A DNA stretch of 64,000 bases from Gnetum montanum (Eukaryota > Plantae > Gnetophyta). A program made the position numbers and the translations under genes. The stretch lies in NCBI GenBank assembly GCA_015680685.1, contig MNCI01001024.1, positions 149,577-213,576 on the forward strand, written 5' to 3'. The stretch's first letter is position 1. Every line of letters starts with the position of its first letter. This document shows positions 1 through 13,800 of this stretch, piece after piece. The notes beneath the pieces were generated by a model. It made no database searches and had not been told where the DNA came from. It saw only the letters and a program-made list of their open reading frames with translations.

Positions 1-405
1 TTGGAAGATGAACCTAATTGCAAAAAGATGTTTCTATCAAAGAAACATGAAATTCCATTAGCTAGTGTATATTTTGCTTACTTTGAATCTTCAATAAATA
101 AATCAGATTCTAAATTCAAAAACAAATGATGTTGATGGATAGTAGTCATTAAGAATCATAGTTTACTAATTACTTTTCTATGATTAATGAGGATAGATCA
201 AGAACATTTTTCATTGAGGATTTAGATTATATTTGGTACAATGTCCAATTCTTCCAAGTTATCAGTTACTAGAGTTGATTTCTAAAGAAGAAGTGGAGAA
301 TAATCAAGATCAAGCTTTATATCTTGAACAAGAGCATCTAATCATATACCACTTATGGTAGAATTGCAGTTACTTCCATCAATTCATAAGGTTGATCAAG
401 ATTAG
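1..405 (+). pseudogene. CCR4/CNOT6-like EEP nuclease ORF, C-terminal part (copy A), cargo of a non-autonomous LTR element
   Basis: Manual translation gives ...FTNYFSMINEDRSRTFFIEDLDYIWYNVQFFQVISLLELISKEEVENNQDQAL...SNHIPLMVELQLLP...DQD*. This matches the CCR4 C-terminus (EPxFTN...F.gtLDYI.Y...LLEL....ALPS...SDHI.L.AE). Contains stops and frameshifts, and is homologous to 61400-61795. Confidence 0.85.
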
Positions 406-843
406 GAAGTATCTCACACTTACTTTTATTTATAATCTTATTATTTTCTTCATTGTTTATTTTATATCTTAATTAGATATGTAAAATATCCAAGTTAATG
501 GAAATTAGAAATAAAGAATTTACCATGCCTTCACTTAGGTAACTAGATATGAGTTGCACTTTGTGTGATCCTAATTAAGACTGGTGATTGGTGGTTGGTA
601 GATCTTTAATTCACTTCTTGTCATTATCTTAGAAAATGAAGTAAATAGTTAAAAAGTAATATTGAATTTTCCATATAATTCTTCTCACATATATCTTGTT
701 TATAAAATAAGTAAGAAACAAGTCCAACTTGAAAGAAGAAATCAAATTATTGGAACACCAGATCATAATAGAGGCATTGGAGTTGGAAAACGATAGTGAA
801 TGTAGATTTGTTCAAGGTTGAATGAAACCTAAAGAGGGTAGAT

Positions 844-1419
844 TATTACATCCCCATTCCCAAATGATGTTTCTTCCTAATAAAGATGGTACCTCTTCAT
901 AACAAGTATTATTGTTATCATAATAGGACTTGAAAGGGTAGTTGTAATTAAGATCTAAAGAGGCATGTTATAATAATAGATGCATATCTTGAGGTAATCA
1001 TTGGGGATTTGATCTAAATCATTTATAATTGGGCTTAGAGGTCATGCTAAGCATGGAGTGGTAAAGCCAATATAGGCAAGTCACAAGAGTTGAGTGAAGC
1101 AGGACAAGAAGTGAATTGGCCACCCCTTCTAGTTGGGTAATAGGCCTAACCATGGTGGTAGTGATAGATTGCCTCTAATGGGATAGATGCCAAAGGAAGA
1201 AAACCCCAAGGAACACTCTCAAAACATGATCTAGATACACTATTCCATATCAATAAAGCATCATTTTCTTCTGCTTTCTACATTTTCCCTATTATTTCCT
1301 TTATACATAATGTTGAATATGACATATAGTTCACATTTGGTATATTTTCTTTGTACACATAATGTCTAATATATTGTATATTTGACATTTACCATGACAT
1401 CTGGGGATGGGATGCCACG
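844..1419 (+). mobile_element. 3' LTR (~576 bp) of CCR4-carrying element copy A
   Basis: Starts TATTACATCCCC after the purine tract AAAGAGGGTAGAT and ends GGGATGCCACG. Collinear with the LTRs at 62235-62809 and 21270-21842 (reverse complement). Confidence 0.85.
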
Positions 1420-3900
1420 TTAAGTATAAATTTTCATATCTCTAGAATGGATGATATTTTTGATGTTTTAGCTAATGTTAAAATATTTTCAAATATTTCT
1501 TAGAAAAGTGGATATCATCAAATTATAATTAGACCAATAGGTGAATGGAAAATAACATTCAACAAACCTAATTATTTGTATGAGTGGGCTAACCAATGAT
1601 CCAAGAACATTCATGAGGCTAACACATAATGTTTTGAGAGGTGTTATTGAAACATGTTAAATTATTTTCTTGATGTTATTCTTATTTATAAATCTAATGA
1701 ATATGATCATGCATAATACTTAAGGATGATGTGTTCAAACTTTCATGGAGTATGATTGGTAATTTATGTTAAGAAATGTCATTTTATAAGGAAAGAAATT
1801 GTCTACTTATATCATGTTGTTTCCAAGAATTAAGTTAGGATGAAGTCAAGCAAGAGCAAGATAATCAAGAAGTGGTATTCATGTATAAAGATTTGGATGA
1901 GGTGGGATATTTCTTTGGTTTATTTTATTTTTATAGAAAATTTATTAGAAATTTTAGTTCTATTAAATGACCTATGTTATCTTGTTTGAATAAGAATTCA
2001 ACTTTTGTATGGGATGATGCAAAAGAGAGTTTTTTTCAAGCATTAAAGAAAATAATTTGTACTACACCAATTTTGGTAATTCCATACATCTTAAAACATT
2101 TTTAAGTGAAGGTTGATGCAAGTGGACTTGCTATTATAGGTGGTCTTTCTTCTAAGGATAAGTCCATTGTATTCTTTTCTAAGAAATTCTATGAATCTAG
2201 ATAAATTTATACTATACATGAGAAGGAATTATATGTTATATTTTAAGCCATAAAGCATTGAAGATATTACATGCTAGGATCTGAGTTTATTTTATTGAAT
2301 GATTTAGTTTTTAAATTTTTAAAATAAATGAGTATAAAAATTGCAAGAGGTTTATTTTATAGAAAAAACATAGAAGTGACAAGTAAAATATTATTGTTGA
2401 TGCTTTGTCTAGAATTCATGCTATTGATTCTAATATCAAAGTTAAAGGTTTTGAGTCCTTTACATAATTTTATTCTAATGATGCTATATTTTATGACATA
2501 TGAAAAGATTTAAATTCTCTATTATTAGGAAGGATTGATAAATAGAAAGAATATTATATCAAGAATAATATTCTTTTCAAAGATGGTAAAATTTAAGTTT
2601 CCAAATATGATTATAAATTCAAGATTTTTGAAGAAAAGCATAATAGTGACTTGGGTGCATATATGGATAAAAAAAATTTGAAATTAGTAAGTAAAAACTA
2701 TTTTTGGCCAAGAATCTATAATGATGTTGTTAAACTTATGAAAGAGTATTATGTTTATCAAAAGTTAAAAGAAGGAAAGGATATTAATGATCTTTAATTA
2801 TCTTTCCAATTCAAAATGCTCCTTGGAAAAGTGTTTCTTTAGACTTGGTTTGTGGCATTCCAAAGATAAGATTTGGTTATGATTCTATAATAGTTGTGAT
2901 TGATATATTTAATAAAATGGATCACTTAATTCCATTTAAGAGTAGTGATGCTTCCCATGTTACTCATTTATTCTTTTAGCATGTTATAAAGTTACATGAT
3001 ATTTCCTTGAATATTGTGAGTGATAGGGATGTAAAATTTACCAATCATTTTGGGAGATTACTTTGAAAATTATTGGGGATAAATCATTTTCCACTGCTTA
3101 TCATCCTCAAATTGATGGATGCACTAAATAGGTAAATAGATCTTTGCTAAAGATATTAAGATGTTTATGTGAGAATTACCCTCAAAGATGGGAGAATATG
3201 GTAGCTCATGTTAAATTTCTATATAACAATGCTTTTTACACCAACATTGGTAAAAGTTCTTTTCTTACTAAATATGATTTTTCATCAAATATGGTTGATG
3301 AAATGAAGAAATTTGATGATTCTGTCACTTTGAGTTTTAATTTTGTTTAGAAAATATAGTAATTATATTAGCAAGTTAAGTATCAATTAAAGAAGAAGGC
3401 AAAGAATGTATCTTTCAAGGCCAATGAGGGCAAGAAGATACTTGAATTTTAGATTGAAGTCTATGTGTAGATTTATTTGAGAAAAGAAAGGTAGAGAAAT
3501 GTGCATTTCTATAAGCTCAAGTTAAGGAAAATTAGTTCATTCAAAATTAGGGTTGAGATCAATCCCAATGCATATGAGATCAATTTATCTAATGATTTTC
3601 CTATTGTTTGTCTTTAATGTTTTATATTTAAGTTCATATCATGGAAATGTTCTTGAATTAGACTTGGAGGATAGTCTTAAAGTCCTTAAGGATGTAACTG
3701 AAGGCTAAAATCCATTGAGGTCATGAAGAAATCAAATTCTATTATAAGAAAGAGAGGTTAAAAGCACATGAGATAGGAAAATGAAAGAATAATTGATGCA
3801 TTAGAATGATGAAGATCTTGAGAAAGTCATATGGACTCATCAAAATAGTTTGGATTTGTCGAGATTGAATGTTATCTCAAGAGTAGCACCTAAATTAAGA
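1420..3900 (+). pseudogene. Degenerate Ty3/gypsy chromovirus pol (RT-RNase H-integrase-chromodomain), CRM-like
   Basis: RT: KSGYHQIIIRPIGEWKITF. RH: VDASGLAI...FFSKK...YTIHEKELY. INT: WKSVSLDLVCGIPKIRFGYDSIIVVID...HLIP, SDRDVKF and TAYHPQIDG. A chromodomain-like remnant lies at ~3730-3850. Many stops. Interrupted at its left end by element copy A. Confidence 0.85.
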
Positions 3901-3930
3901 CAACCATCTTTTGAAGGATTAAGAAGATAA

Positions 3931-4800
3931 TGACAACATTAAACCACTCTCAAAGCTAATTCTTATCTTCATGATATCTTAGAAGTAGAATGAGTCATTT
4001 ATTTGTATTTTTTCTTTGTTTGATGTTAATTAAGTATTTTTTGCAGTATGGTTAGGCAACGATGAGGCCACTATAGGTCACACTGAGACATAATCTAATC
4101 TTGTGGATAGCTAGAAGTCACAATCTACTATAATATGTCCAAGTTATGTATTTTGTATATATTCTAAGTTATGTGACAAGTTACAAGTTATTTTGAGTTG
4201 AAGTAAGGTACAGTTTGGAAGGATTGCAACTAGTTGAGAAATAGTTGTAAAAATAATTAAGATTTATTAGTGTATCTAAGTGTGAGTTTTAATCTAGTCA
4301 CAAGATATATATTGTGAGGGAACTGCGAGTTGTACTTACTCCTAATCATGATGAAAATGAATATTTTAAAAAGGTGTGATATCCATAGTTGTCCAATAGT
4401 TAAGAAAGATTAAGAAACATTAGAAAAATTATATAAAAGGTTGGCTAAACTCAAAGAAAGAACCTAATATTATCCTAAGGTTATTATTGTGTTTGAGAGA
4501 CACATAAAGAGATCTACTTCATCATTTTATACATTGTTTGCCATCATCTATTGATGATTCTACTTATATTATGAAAGGGTATAAGGATTTAATTGATTGA
4601 TTATCTATCCTTGAAATGGGTTTGCTTTCTTTTTGTAGTATAATCTATTTTTTAGTAAGAATAAATTCTTCTTTTTCTTCTCTTATTTAATTGAGGAATT
4701 ATGTTGGTTTTTTCTAGTTTATTGAGCTTGGATTATGCAACCCAAGGGAGCTTCTCACCACCAAATATTCTTTTCTCTATTATAGGTATCATTGTTATCA
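3931..4800 (+). mobile_element. Probable 3' LTR of the chromovirus element
   Basis: Purine tract GAAGGATTAAGAAGATAA, then TGACAAC at 3931. Non-coding with a TATA-like TATATAAAA near 4430, ending ...GTTATCA at 4800. No second copy is available to confirm it. Confidence 0.45.
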
Positions 4801-4804
4801 TAAT

Positions 4805-6310
4805 TCCAAGCTCTACCAACTATGGCATCAATACTTTCTATGGGAATACTTTCACATAGCACTCAATCTTTAAAATAACCTAACTTAAAAGATAAAATAA
4901 ACCTTTCCTTTACCTTTTTCAAATGATTTTTGGAGTGCCAATACACTCTATAGAGCTTAGAATAACAAAACTTATTCCATCCAAATCTATCAACAACATT
5001 AGAAGAAAGAACATTCTCTTGTTCACCCTTATATATTATGATGTGAAGCCATTTACCACTAGAGAGACACCTAGTCCCACTTCTAAATAGAATTTTCATT
5101 AAAGAATCTTCAACATTAACATTTTCATAAATGAGTTATATTCTATGACATATTTAATCAAAGAGGCATGAAGACTCTTTTTACTTCAAAGTTTGAATTT
5201 CCTTGTTTTGGATGACTAAGGTTTCTTTTACTTTTATTATTTATGTTCCATATTTTCATAATTAAAGCATGTTAGCTTGGAAGTATTATCATTCTTTTGG
5301 TTTTTTACTTCTTGAAATTATCTCTTTTGGAATCTTATTATTTAATACTCTTATCTTACTTTTCTTGTAATTCTTCTTTAGCATGATCCTTCTCCTTTAC
5401 TTCTTCATCACTTTTAGAAGCCTTAGAGTCTTTATATTTATAAGTCTTATGATATTTGTTAAGGTCATGAAGTTTCTTCTTAGATTTGAAAGCCAAATCA
5501 AAAGACTTATTCAAGGTTTAAGATTTATAAAAGGTAAGCTCTTACTATAGTCCCTTCTTCAATCCACCTTGAAATTTAGTAGCTTTTCCACGTTCATATC
5601 AATAAAACCTAGTTTATTAAAAATCATTTCAAATTTCCATGTAATATTCCTTAATAAATTTATTATCTTAACTTATATATTTTAGCCTTTAAACTGATTC
5701 TTATCTATGATTATTTTTATCAAATATTTTCTTTAGAATAAGTTGCATAAGAGACCAATATTTAATAAGAGTACAATTGCTTATCTCATATGAATGAATT
5801 TCTTTATTCCGCCAAACTAGTGTCATTCCTTCAAGCTTAGTTTTAGTATATGACATATTTTGATGGTCTTCAACATTTTCAAGCTTAAAATATTTGTTCA
5901 TTATATTGATCCAAGAGAAAAACATTTACTACTATCCATCCTGTTAATGGATTTGACTTTGACATAATACAATCTAGAAGCATGTTTGAAAGCTATAACA
6001 AGAGTAATCTTAATTGATTTACTTGGATTTCTTTAAGGCTTTGAATAAAGTTCCTTTCTTTTGTTTCTTGGAAGTTGAAAACTTTAGGATCTATTCTCAA
6101 TACTTCAAACATGAAGAGGTTCATTATCTTGTTCTTCATAGTCTTCAATGTCTTGATTCTCAAACGAAATGTCATCTTCAAGAGAGGGAATGGATGAATG
6201 TCTTGAATAAGCCCTTGGTAAAGAAGCTCTCAATTTTTTCTCTTACCTAGACACCTTTGGTGATGAAGTATGTTCTTTATTATGTTATAGTTTTTTATTT
6301 TTTTCCATAA
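4805..6310 (-). pseudogene. Degenerate CRM-like gag and protease
   Basis: The ORF-track fragment KYFKLENVEDHQNMSYTKTKLEGMTLVWRN resembles retrotransposon gag. LFRSGTRCLSSGKWLHIIIYKGEQENVLS resembles the CRM protease LFHTRCLV.GKVC.LIIDGGSC.NVAS. Confidence 0.7.
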
Positions 6311-7180
6311 TGCACCTAAACATATTTGTAACACCCTCATTCCTATGTCTTAGGTTGGAGAGTATTATGTTGGGTAGAACGCCTAACAAAATGATTAGTC
6401 ATAGAAAGACACATGAAGGAATGTACTAAGAAGTGAAAGGAACAAAGGAACCTTGCATGAGGCCATGACTCGAAAGAGAAGAAAAGAGAAAACTAATAGT
6501 GGAAGAAAGGAAATAGATGAATATAGAATTTTATAAATATAAAAAAGGCTAGAAAAGTAATAAAATAACATAAATTGTAAAACTAAATCTCATAATATAT
6601 ATGAATAATATAATGTCCCAAAACTAAATCACATATGATCCAAAAATTCATAAATTGGAAAAGAGAAATAATTTCTAATACACCACTAAAATGCTAACAC
6701 ATAATATCCAAAGATCTAAACTAATATATAATTATTAACCAACTTAAATCATCATAGTAATTCCTTCAAAAATTTTGTTCCCTTTTCAAACTAATCAACC
6801 TGAAAATAAAATGGGTTATTAGTATAAAACTGAGTGATAATCTTTGGCAACATCTCTAATCATAAAATGGAATGATTTCATGGGGATTAGGAGAATCATG
6901 GCTAACCTAAAACACATGTTAACTTAACAAGCATACAAGAAAATCATCCAAAACATCCAAAAATACATACAACATACAGCCATAACATCCATCCATCATA
7001 TAATGTCAAAACCAAGGTTTGTCCATTCCAACCCTCATCACAAATAAGGAGGATAGCATGCACCACACCTTGTGTTAAATGTGTATTATTTTGTAACGTG
7101 TACTTTCCCAAAGACAAAATAATATATATGAGAGCCAAATATCAAATTATCTTGCTTATGGATTTATTATTAGCCTTAAT

Positions 7181-7530
7181 TGGAACATGAAGCATCACCC
7201 ATGGCATCACTTCAAATGTTACCCAAACATATTGATGTTAAAGATGTCACCTAGGACATCAGCTCTCCTCAAACATGAAGCATCATCTAGGACATCATTT
7301 CCAATGTTTCTCAAACATGTTGATGCTAAAGGCATAACCCAAGACATCACATCTACTAGAACATGAAATGTCACCCTGGATATCACTTCTAATGTTCCCC
7401 AAATATACTTGTTGTGAAGGTGTCACCTAGGACATCACCTCTATTGGAATGTGAAGCATCACCTAGGACATCACTTTCAACATTCCCCAAATATACTGGT
7501 GCTAGAGGCATTTCCCAAGACATCACCTCT
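7181..7530. repeat. 88-bp tandem repeat, 4 units
   Basis: Units beginning (t)GGAACATGAAGCATCACC-like at ~7181, 7269, 7357 and 7445, with an internal duplicated CACCTAGGACATCAC motif. Lies in a probable LTR-element non-coding region that starts TGTAACACCC at 6327. Confidence 0.8.
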
Positions 7531-8336
7531 AATGTTATGGAGGCATAAACTAAAAACAAATGGATCAATAAGCTATGAAATCACCCTCTCTTGTAGGTTG
7601 AAGCTTTCATCAAGAGTCATACTAGTGCACTTTATAGTGGAGGTCAATCATCAAAACCATCTCCATGAACCTCATCTCTAGTTGATCACATAAACTTGGT
7701 GCTAGCTCCATCATTCAAACAATCAACAACATACAACCATGATAACCAAATTAATGGTGGAGGAAAAAACCAAAACAAAAGAATCCATCTTATCAAAGAA
7801 ATTCATCAAACTAAGAGATCCTCACAAGGATACCAATTTAATGCATAACATGAAATCATCAAATCCAAATCAATCTCATGAAATTTCATCATTAAAAAAG
7901 AAATCAAAACATCATTCAAAGGAATCTTACAAATACTAAACAATAATCCAAGGTGCCAACTAATCCAAGTAGAGGAATCCTTGACCATAACTTCCAAAGA
8001 AGTCAATTGAGACTTAATAAGAAGAAGATTTAAGACCAATAGCTAATAATCATATATGGATCAATACTTAACCCATGAATTAATCACTTTACTAAGAAGG
8101 TCAAAATCAAGTGTAGAGTTGGATCATCACCTAATTATATAAAAATGGGTAAAATTATTATACCTTCATCATTTCTATAGATTTCATAATATTTCTAGAT
8201 GTATAAAAGAGTAAATATCTGTATGTATGATCTTCTATACATTTATGAAGTCATTTATAAAAAATATAAAGTTATAGAACCATGAATCTAGGGTTAGAGA
8301 ATCAAGCTAAATAAATGGAAAAAATAGTTGATAGGA

Positions 8337-8960
8337 AAAACATCATAACTCCATGATGGAAAACTATTTTTTAGTGATTCTAAAAATTTTTGAAAGATAG
8401 AAGAGTAATGTTTCTGTAGGTAAAGTTACAAAGGATTATATGTGAGATCTAAGAGATATGGGGTTTTTATTAGGCACAATTAGAAATAGTAAAATTATGG
8501 AGAACATAAAAAGAAAAATCATAACTCTATGATTGAAAACTATTTTTTATTAATTCTAATATGGTTTAAAAGTTAGAAGAGAAACCTATTTATAGATAAA
8601 GTTTTAGAGGAATATCTAGTAAATCTAGGAGATATGTGATTTTTATTATCCATCATCAAAAGCCATAAAATTATAAATAGTATCAAAGGAAAATTTATAA
8701 CTCTATGATGGAAAACTATTTCTTAGTAATTCCAAAATGGTTGTAAAGATATAATCTCAATACAAGTAAATTTTTAGAGGATTATCTAATAATATCTAGG
8801 AGATATATAGTTCTTATTACACACTATCAAAAATAGTAATGTAGAAAGAAAATTCATAACTTCCTCAAAAAATATTTTTTTAATTTCTTTTTATGGGATA
8901 TGGAAGCTAAAACATATAAAAATATTTAAGTAAATTTTCAAAGTTTTATCCCTAGTTGTG
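8337..8960. repeat. ~177-bp degenerate tandem repeat, ~3.5 units
   Basis: CATAACTCYATGATKGAAAACTATTT...GAGATATG recurs at ~8340, 8518, 8695 and 8853. Confidence 0.7.
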
Positions 8961-10049
8961 CTCAAGATATAGCCTTATTAATTCACATCTTATAAATTTT
9001 CAACATTATCACAAAGATACTATGCTTTTAATTTTCAAAAGCTTTTACAATTTTTTTTTTCAAATTTATAAAAGTCAATATACATGAGAGGATTTCATTA
9101 TAAGTGATGATAAAAATGATAAAATTTTAGAAGACAAAGGTAACTTTATAGAGAAAAAAAAATATGATCCTAGTAATTTAGGTGATGACTACCTTAGCAA
9201 GCTGTTATCATCAATTGTAAATCTTGTTAGTGATTAATTCACTATTGAGAAACTATTAAGTTCTAATAATTATCTTTTAAATATAATTGAATATATATAT
9301 TTCCAAATATAAAAAGTGTATTTCATTTTGGAAAAACTATAATTAACGTTAACTATAATTCTTATTTTTGACTGGTTGATGAATGCAAAACTTTTCGCAT
9401 CCACTTACAAATCTAATAGTTATTAATATTTACTTACCTTAAAATGAGTTTGATTATTAAAAAAAATCCATATAATCTTTAGATAAAGAATGTTGTACAT
9501 TAGCATAACATAGTTCTCAATTCAATTATAATCTTTATTTAATATATTGCTCTTTCATTCTAATGATCTTGGAAACTCATTAACATTATCCTCACATACA
9601 TGAAAATAAGTTAACTAAGTTAAGTTTTGTTTAGACATAAAATAATTAATTAATACATGATTACATGTTTAATAATACATTAGAATTATTAACACATAAT
9701 AAAATAATGGACAAATAACTAAAAAAATTTACTAATCAAATAAAAAACTAAAGATGAATGATATTCATTACACCATAATAGAATGTACCAACTATAATAT
9801 TAAGAGTAACTATTTTAAGTAAATTTTATAGCCTTAGAATCAAAATATTCCAAATATATTGAAAAACTATCTTGAAAGACTATTAGCCTTTTCATTTTTT
9901 TTTACCTTTTAGTAAGTTCTACTTCTATTTCTTTAGGGGCTAGACATTCATGATTACCATATTATCATTCATTAAGAATACATAATCCAGTAATTCTAGT
10001 AGTATTTTATGTTTAAGAGGATCTAGTTTCTATGTCTCTATAATCTCCA

Positions 10050-10760
10050 AATTTTTCCAATCCATATCTACTTCTTGAAAATTTTTTACATTAGAGAGTT
10101 AGCATTTGAGCTACTTTATTTCATCCATTCTATCAATGTAGATACTTGTAAGGACTTCTTGGGATTCCATGCACATAGTGGAACTACAACTATTATTTGA
10201 AATTAATCACTAGGTACCATCATATTTTGTGACTACTATGTATAGGTGTTTTTTCATACTCTATATTTCTCAAATATTTTTCATGTAGTTACCCTTTGTA
10301 TCACTATGCATGATGCATGGAACTGTCTTCTTCTCTACAAGTCTATGGTCATTTTTGTTGAAGATATTCAAGGATAGCTTCTTGATTCTAAAATTTTCAT
10401 TAAAATTACTTATCCAAGGCCTTTTCATAATGATGAAAATTTTTCCTTTGCAATTGTCTACATGGATTACTAAAACATTACTGAGATATAACCAACCACT
10501 AATGGCATTTATAGTATCTTCCACCAATCCCAAGAGAATATTGATAGAGTAGTTCTAAAGCTCTAATATGATATTGCAATTTTTAAGTGATGTAAAGTTT
10601 TAGGCTTTGTACATCTCCTATGAAATCAAATTGAATCTAGTAGAGCTTTGCAAGGTGCATTTCCTATAATCTACAAGTAAATTAAGGAACTTCATAGGTT
10701 AGTTTTCTTCCTCGAAATGTTTCTTATATTAATCTAATTAGAAACTATAGAAATCATCAT
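10050..10760 (-). pseudogene. Athila-like aspartic protease region (continuation of the split gag at 14736-15786 and 21848-22230)
   Basis: Reverse translation gives IGNAPCKALLDS and GLVEDTINAISGWLYLSNVLVIHVDN...IFIIMKRPWI, similar to Athila/Ogre PR GIVEDVLVKV...FVVLD...IILGRPFL. Confidence 0.6.
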
Positions 10761-10879
10761 GATAGTTTATACATTAGAGGAACTTTGGTTTAAAGGTTTT
10801 TTCATAAATTATCTAGAAGGTTGTTTATGTGGGGGTTACAACCACAAGTTCCTATGCAGGTTTAGATGGGCTATAAGGT

Positions 10880-13800
10880 TGGTGTAAGGGTTGTACCTTG
10901 ATAGATCCCAATAGGACCCAATCCAAAACTTCCACATACATATAGCTTAGAAAAAAATAATAACACAAGAAAATTGAGAAAATATCTTTTATATTAAGAT
11001 AATTCTCAAAATACATAGGAAATACATCAAAGATGAGAAGAAAAGCTTAACTCAAAAATCTCCAAAGGATCTTAGAGGCCACACTTGTCCTCTCTTAATC
11101 ATCAATTTCTCACAATGGAGCTCAAGCTCAAGACAAGACACTTATAAGAGATTCTCCTAACCTCTCTCAAGTGCTCTCTCTTTCCCCTCACTCAACTTCC
11201 TTGCACTAGCTCTCTTCTTGCACAAGATCTTCTTCCTTGCATAGGCTCTCATCTTGCATAAGCTCTCTTTCCTCAAGAGCACTCTCTTGTTCCCTATGGG
11301 ATGTTTGGCCTTCAACATTTGCACTTTAGCTCTTGGCACTTCAGCACTTGGCACTACAATCCTTGCCACTATGGAGCTTGTCACTTTGGCACTTGGCACT
11401 ATAACACTTTGACACTTGCAATGATGAATTACATCAATATGTATAAGCAACTGGAAGGTAAAAACCCTAGAAACCTTTTATCAACTTAACTTGAGATTCT
11501 TTAGGTGTTTCTCAAATCTTCTCACCTTATACCTAGTTGTTTCCATCCTACTTCAGCTATTTGCATCTTATTTTGGCAATTTTTTGAATTGGAATAGATG
11601 TTTTTGAAAGTTTCCCCATGCATATGGGTCATCTATGGCTTCATGTAGATGGTTGTTGTGAACACCCTACTCTTGGGAGAGACGTTTACTATTTTTGATA
11701 GATATATTTTATGGACTTGATATCTCTTTACTTCAAGGGAGATGTCTCTGGAAAGATGTGTATCTTTGTAAGAAGATGACTATCCTAAAGGTGGCAAAAA
11801 TGAAAATGCTTGTTTTAATGCCAAATGCCTCCCAAAAAGTTTCCATAAATCCTGGAACCTTATAAACTCATCAAAATGAGCTCAAAACACCTTAAAACAT
11901 ACCAAAACATCCAAGAATTATCCCCAACAAAATCACTCAAAAAGACACATAGTATGTAGGGTAGAATAAGGGGATTGAAAGAGGTGTTGCTACACTAGCT
12001 CTCCCATCCTTGAAAATGTCATGCTTCATAACCTTTCAAAAGTTGGAAGACTCCGTGACACCATGACTTAAGGCCATCACAATAACATGAATCAATGCAT
12101 TATAAACATGAGAATAAATATCATTGGAGGTTTTGGTTTTGAGCTTCCCTTGTTCATGATGGGTCATCCTTATATCCAATCATGCTTCATTCATCTAATC
12201 ATCTCCTTGGAATGCTTCCCTTGCATCCTCATGATGACTCAAACATGAAACAAATAATGATTAAGAAAAATAAAAAATATTAGTCTTTCTTAATTCAACA
12301 TCCTTTTTCTCTTCTTTTTCTTCTTCTTCACCTTCTTCTTCTTGGTGTTTGGAAGACTACCAGTTAGCTTCCTTTCATCACCACGATGTAGATTGCCTTC
12401 ATGTTGCACTTCCATTTTATAGCAATGATAATAAAATCCATCATCACACTTCATAAATTTATCATTGCTATAATCAATATCAAACATCTCCAAATTCTAG
12501 AAAATCATATCATTGTCAATGACTATCTGAATGGGCATCATCATTAAACAAGTCACCATTATTAGTCTTTTTCTCACTAACAATGGCATCAAAATTTACA
12601 ACATGACTCTTAATCCCATCATAATCATCAAAATGATCATGATTCTCATCATTACCATTGAACAAACCACTACCAACCTGAAGTGAAAAACTAGCATCCA
12701 TCACACTAGCTTTAATATAAAAGACATTACTACCATCAACAAGATCAAGCTCACTATTACTTACCTTTTCCTAACTTCTCCCATCCATCTTAGGTTCAAC
12801 TTGATCTTCAATATGTGGCTGCCCAATCTCATCAAAGGTTAAAGGTTTAAGATTCAAACATAAGTTCCCAATTCCAATGGCTTCTCCTCTTCAAAGGAAT
12901 CATCAACAAGCTCTTCATGCCACTTTGGAGGCACCAACTCAAAAGGTAAATTCTCCCCCATAGTTTTAACATTATTTTCATCCAAAATATCATTAAGGAA
13001 ATTATTCTTCCACGTACTTTGACTAACATTGATCCTCCTTGAAGAAGTCCCTTGATCTTTGCCACTCTCTTAGCTTTGATCCTTTACGTCCCATGACTCA
13101 CAAGGTAGGAATTCTCCTTTAATAGTAACATTTACCATCTTGGAATTTGAAGATCTATTGGCCCCTTTTATGAAGCTCTTGGTTTCCTTCCTTAAAACCC
13201 TTGAGTATTGAGCACTCCTTTGCTCAATAAGAGATACTTGAGAACTCCTTTTCTCATTGATCTCGACTTCATCAAACGCTTCATCTTGCTTTCATTTTTG
13301 ATGGCTAGAAGATATTCTATTAATTATCCTCAAAATATTTTCCATGTTGGTCTTGAATTTATCCATATCCCTTTTTGAAGTTTCTACATAATCTTGGTGC
13401 TTGAGGATCTTTACTTTGGGAAGAAATTCATGCATTTCAGCCACAAAAGCTTTAAAGGAGTTCTTAAACTCTTGAAGTTCTTTATATGTCTTCCTTTTTA
13501 GAATCATACTTAAAGAAACAAGAATGACATCCAAAATAAAATACAAAAATATCCACAAAAATGTTCCTTTCATTCATAGAAGCTTCCACATAAAAGTGTA
13601 AAAACCTCTAAACCTTTGCTCTGATACCAATCTAGTGTAAGGTTTGCATCTTGATAAACCTCAATAGGAGCCAATCCATAACTTCCAAGTAGATCTAGCT
13701 TAGAAAATAAGAATAACATAATAAAATGGAGAAAATATTCCTTATATTAAGATAATTCTTAAAATACATAGGAAATACATTGAACATAAGTAGCCAAGCT

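Noticed and set aside
8337-8960. Centromeric satellite, suggested by the ~177-bp unit
   Set aside because: Only ~3.5 diverged units are present, embedded in retroelement-like sequence, so the length match is probably coincidental.
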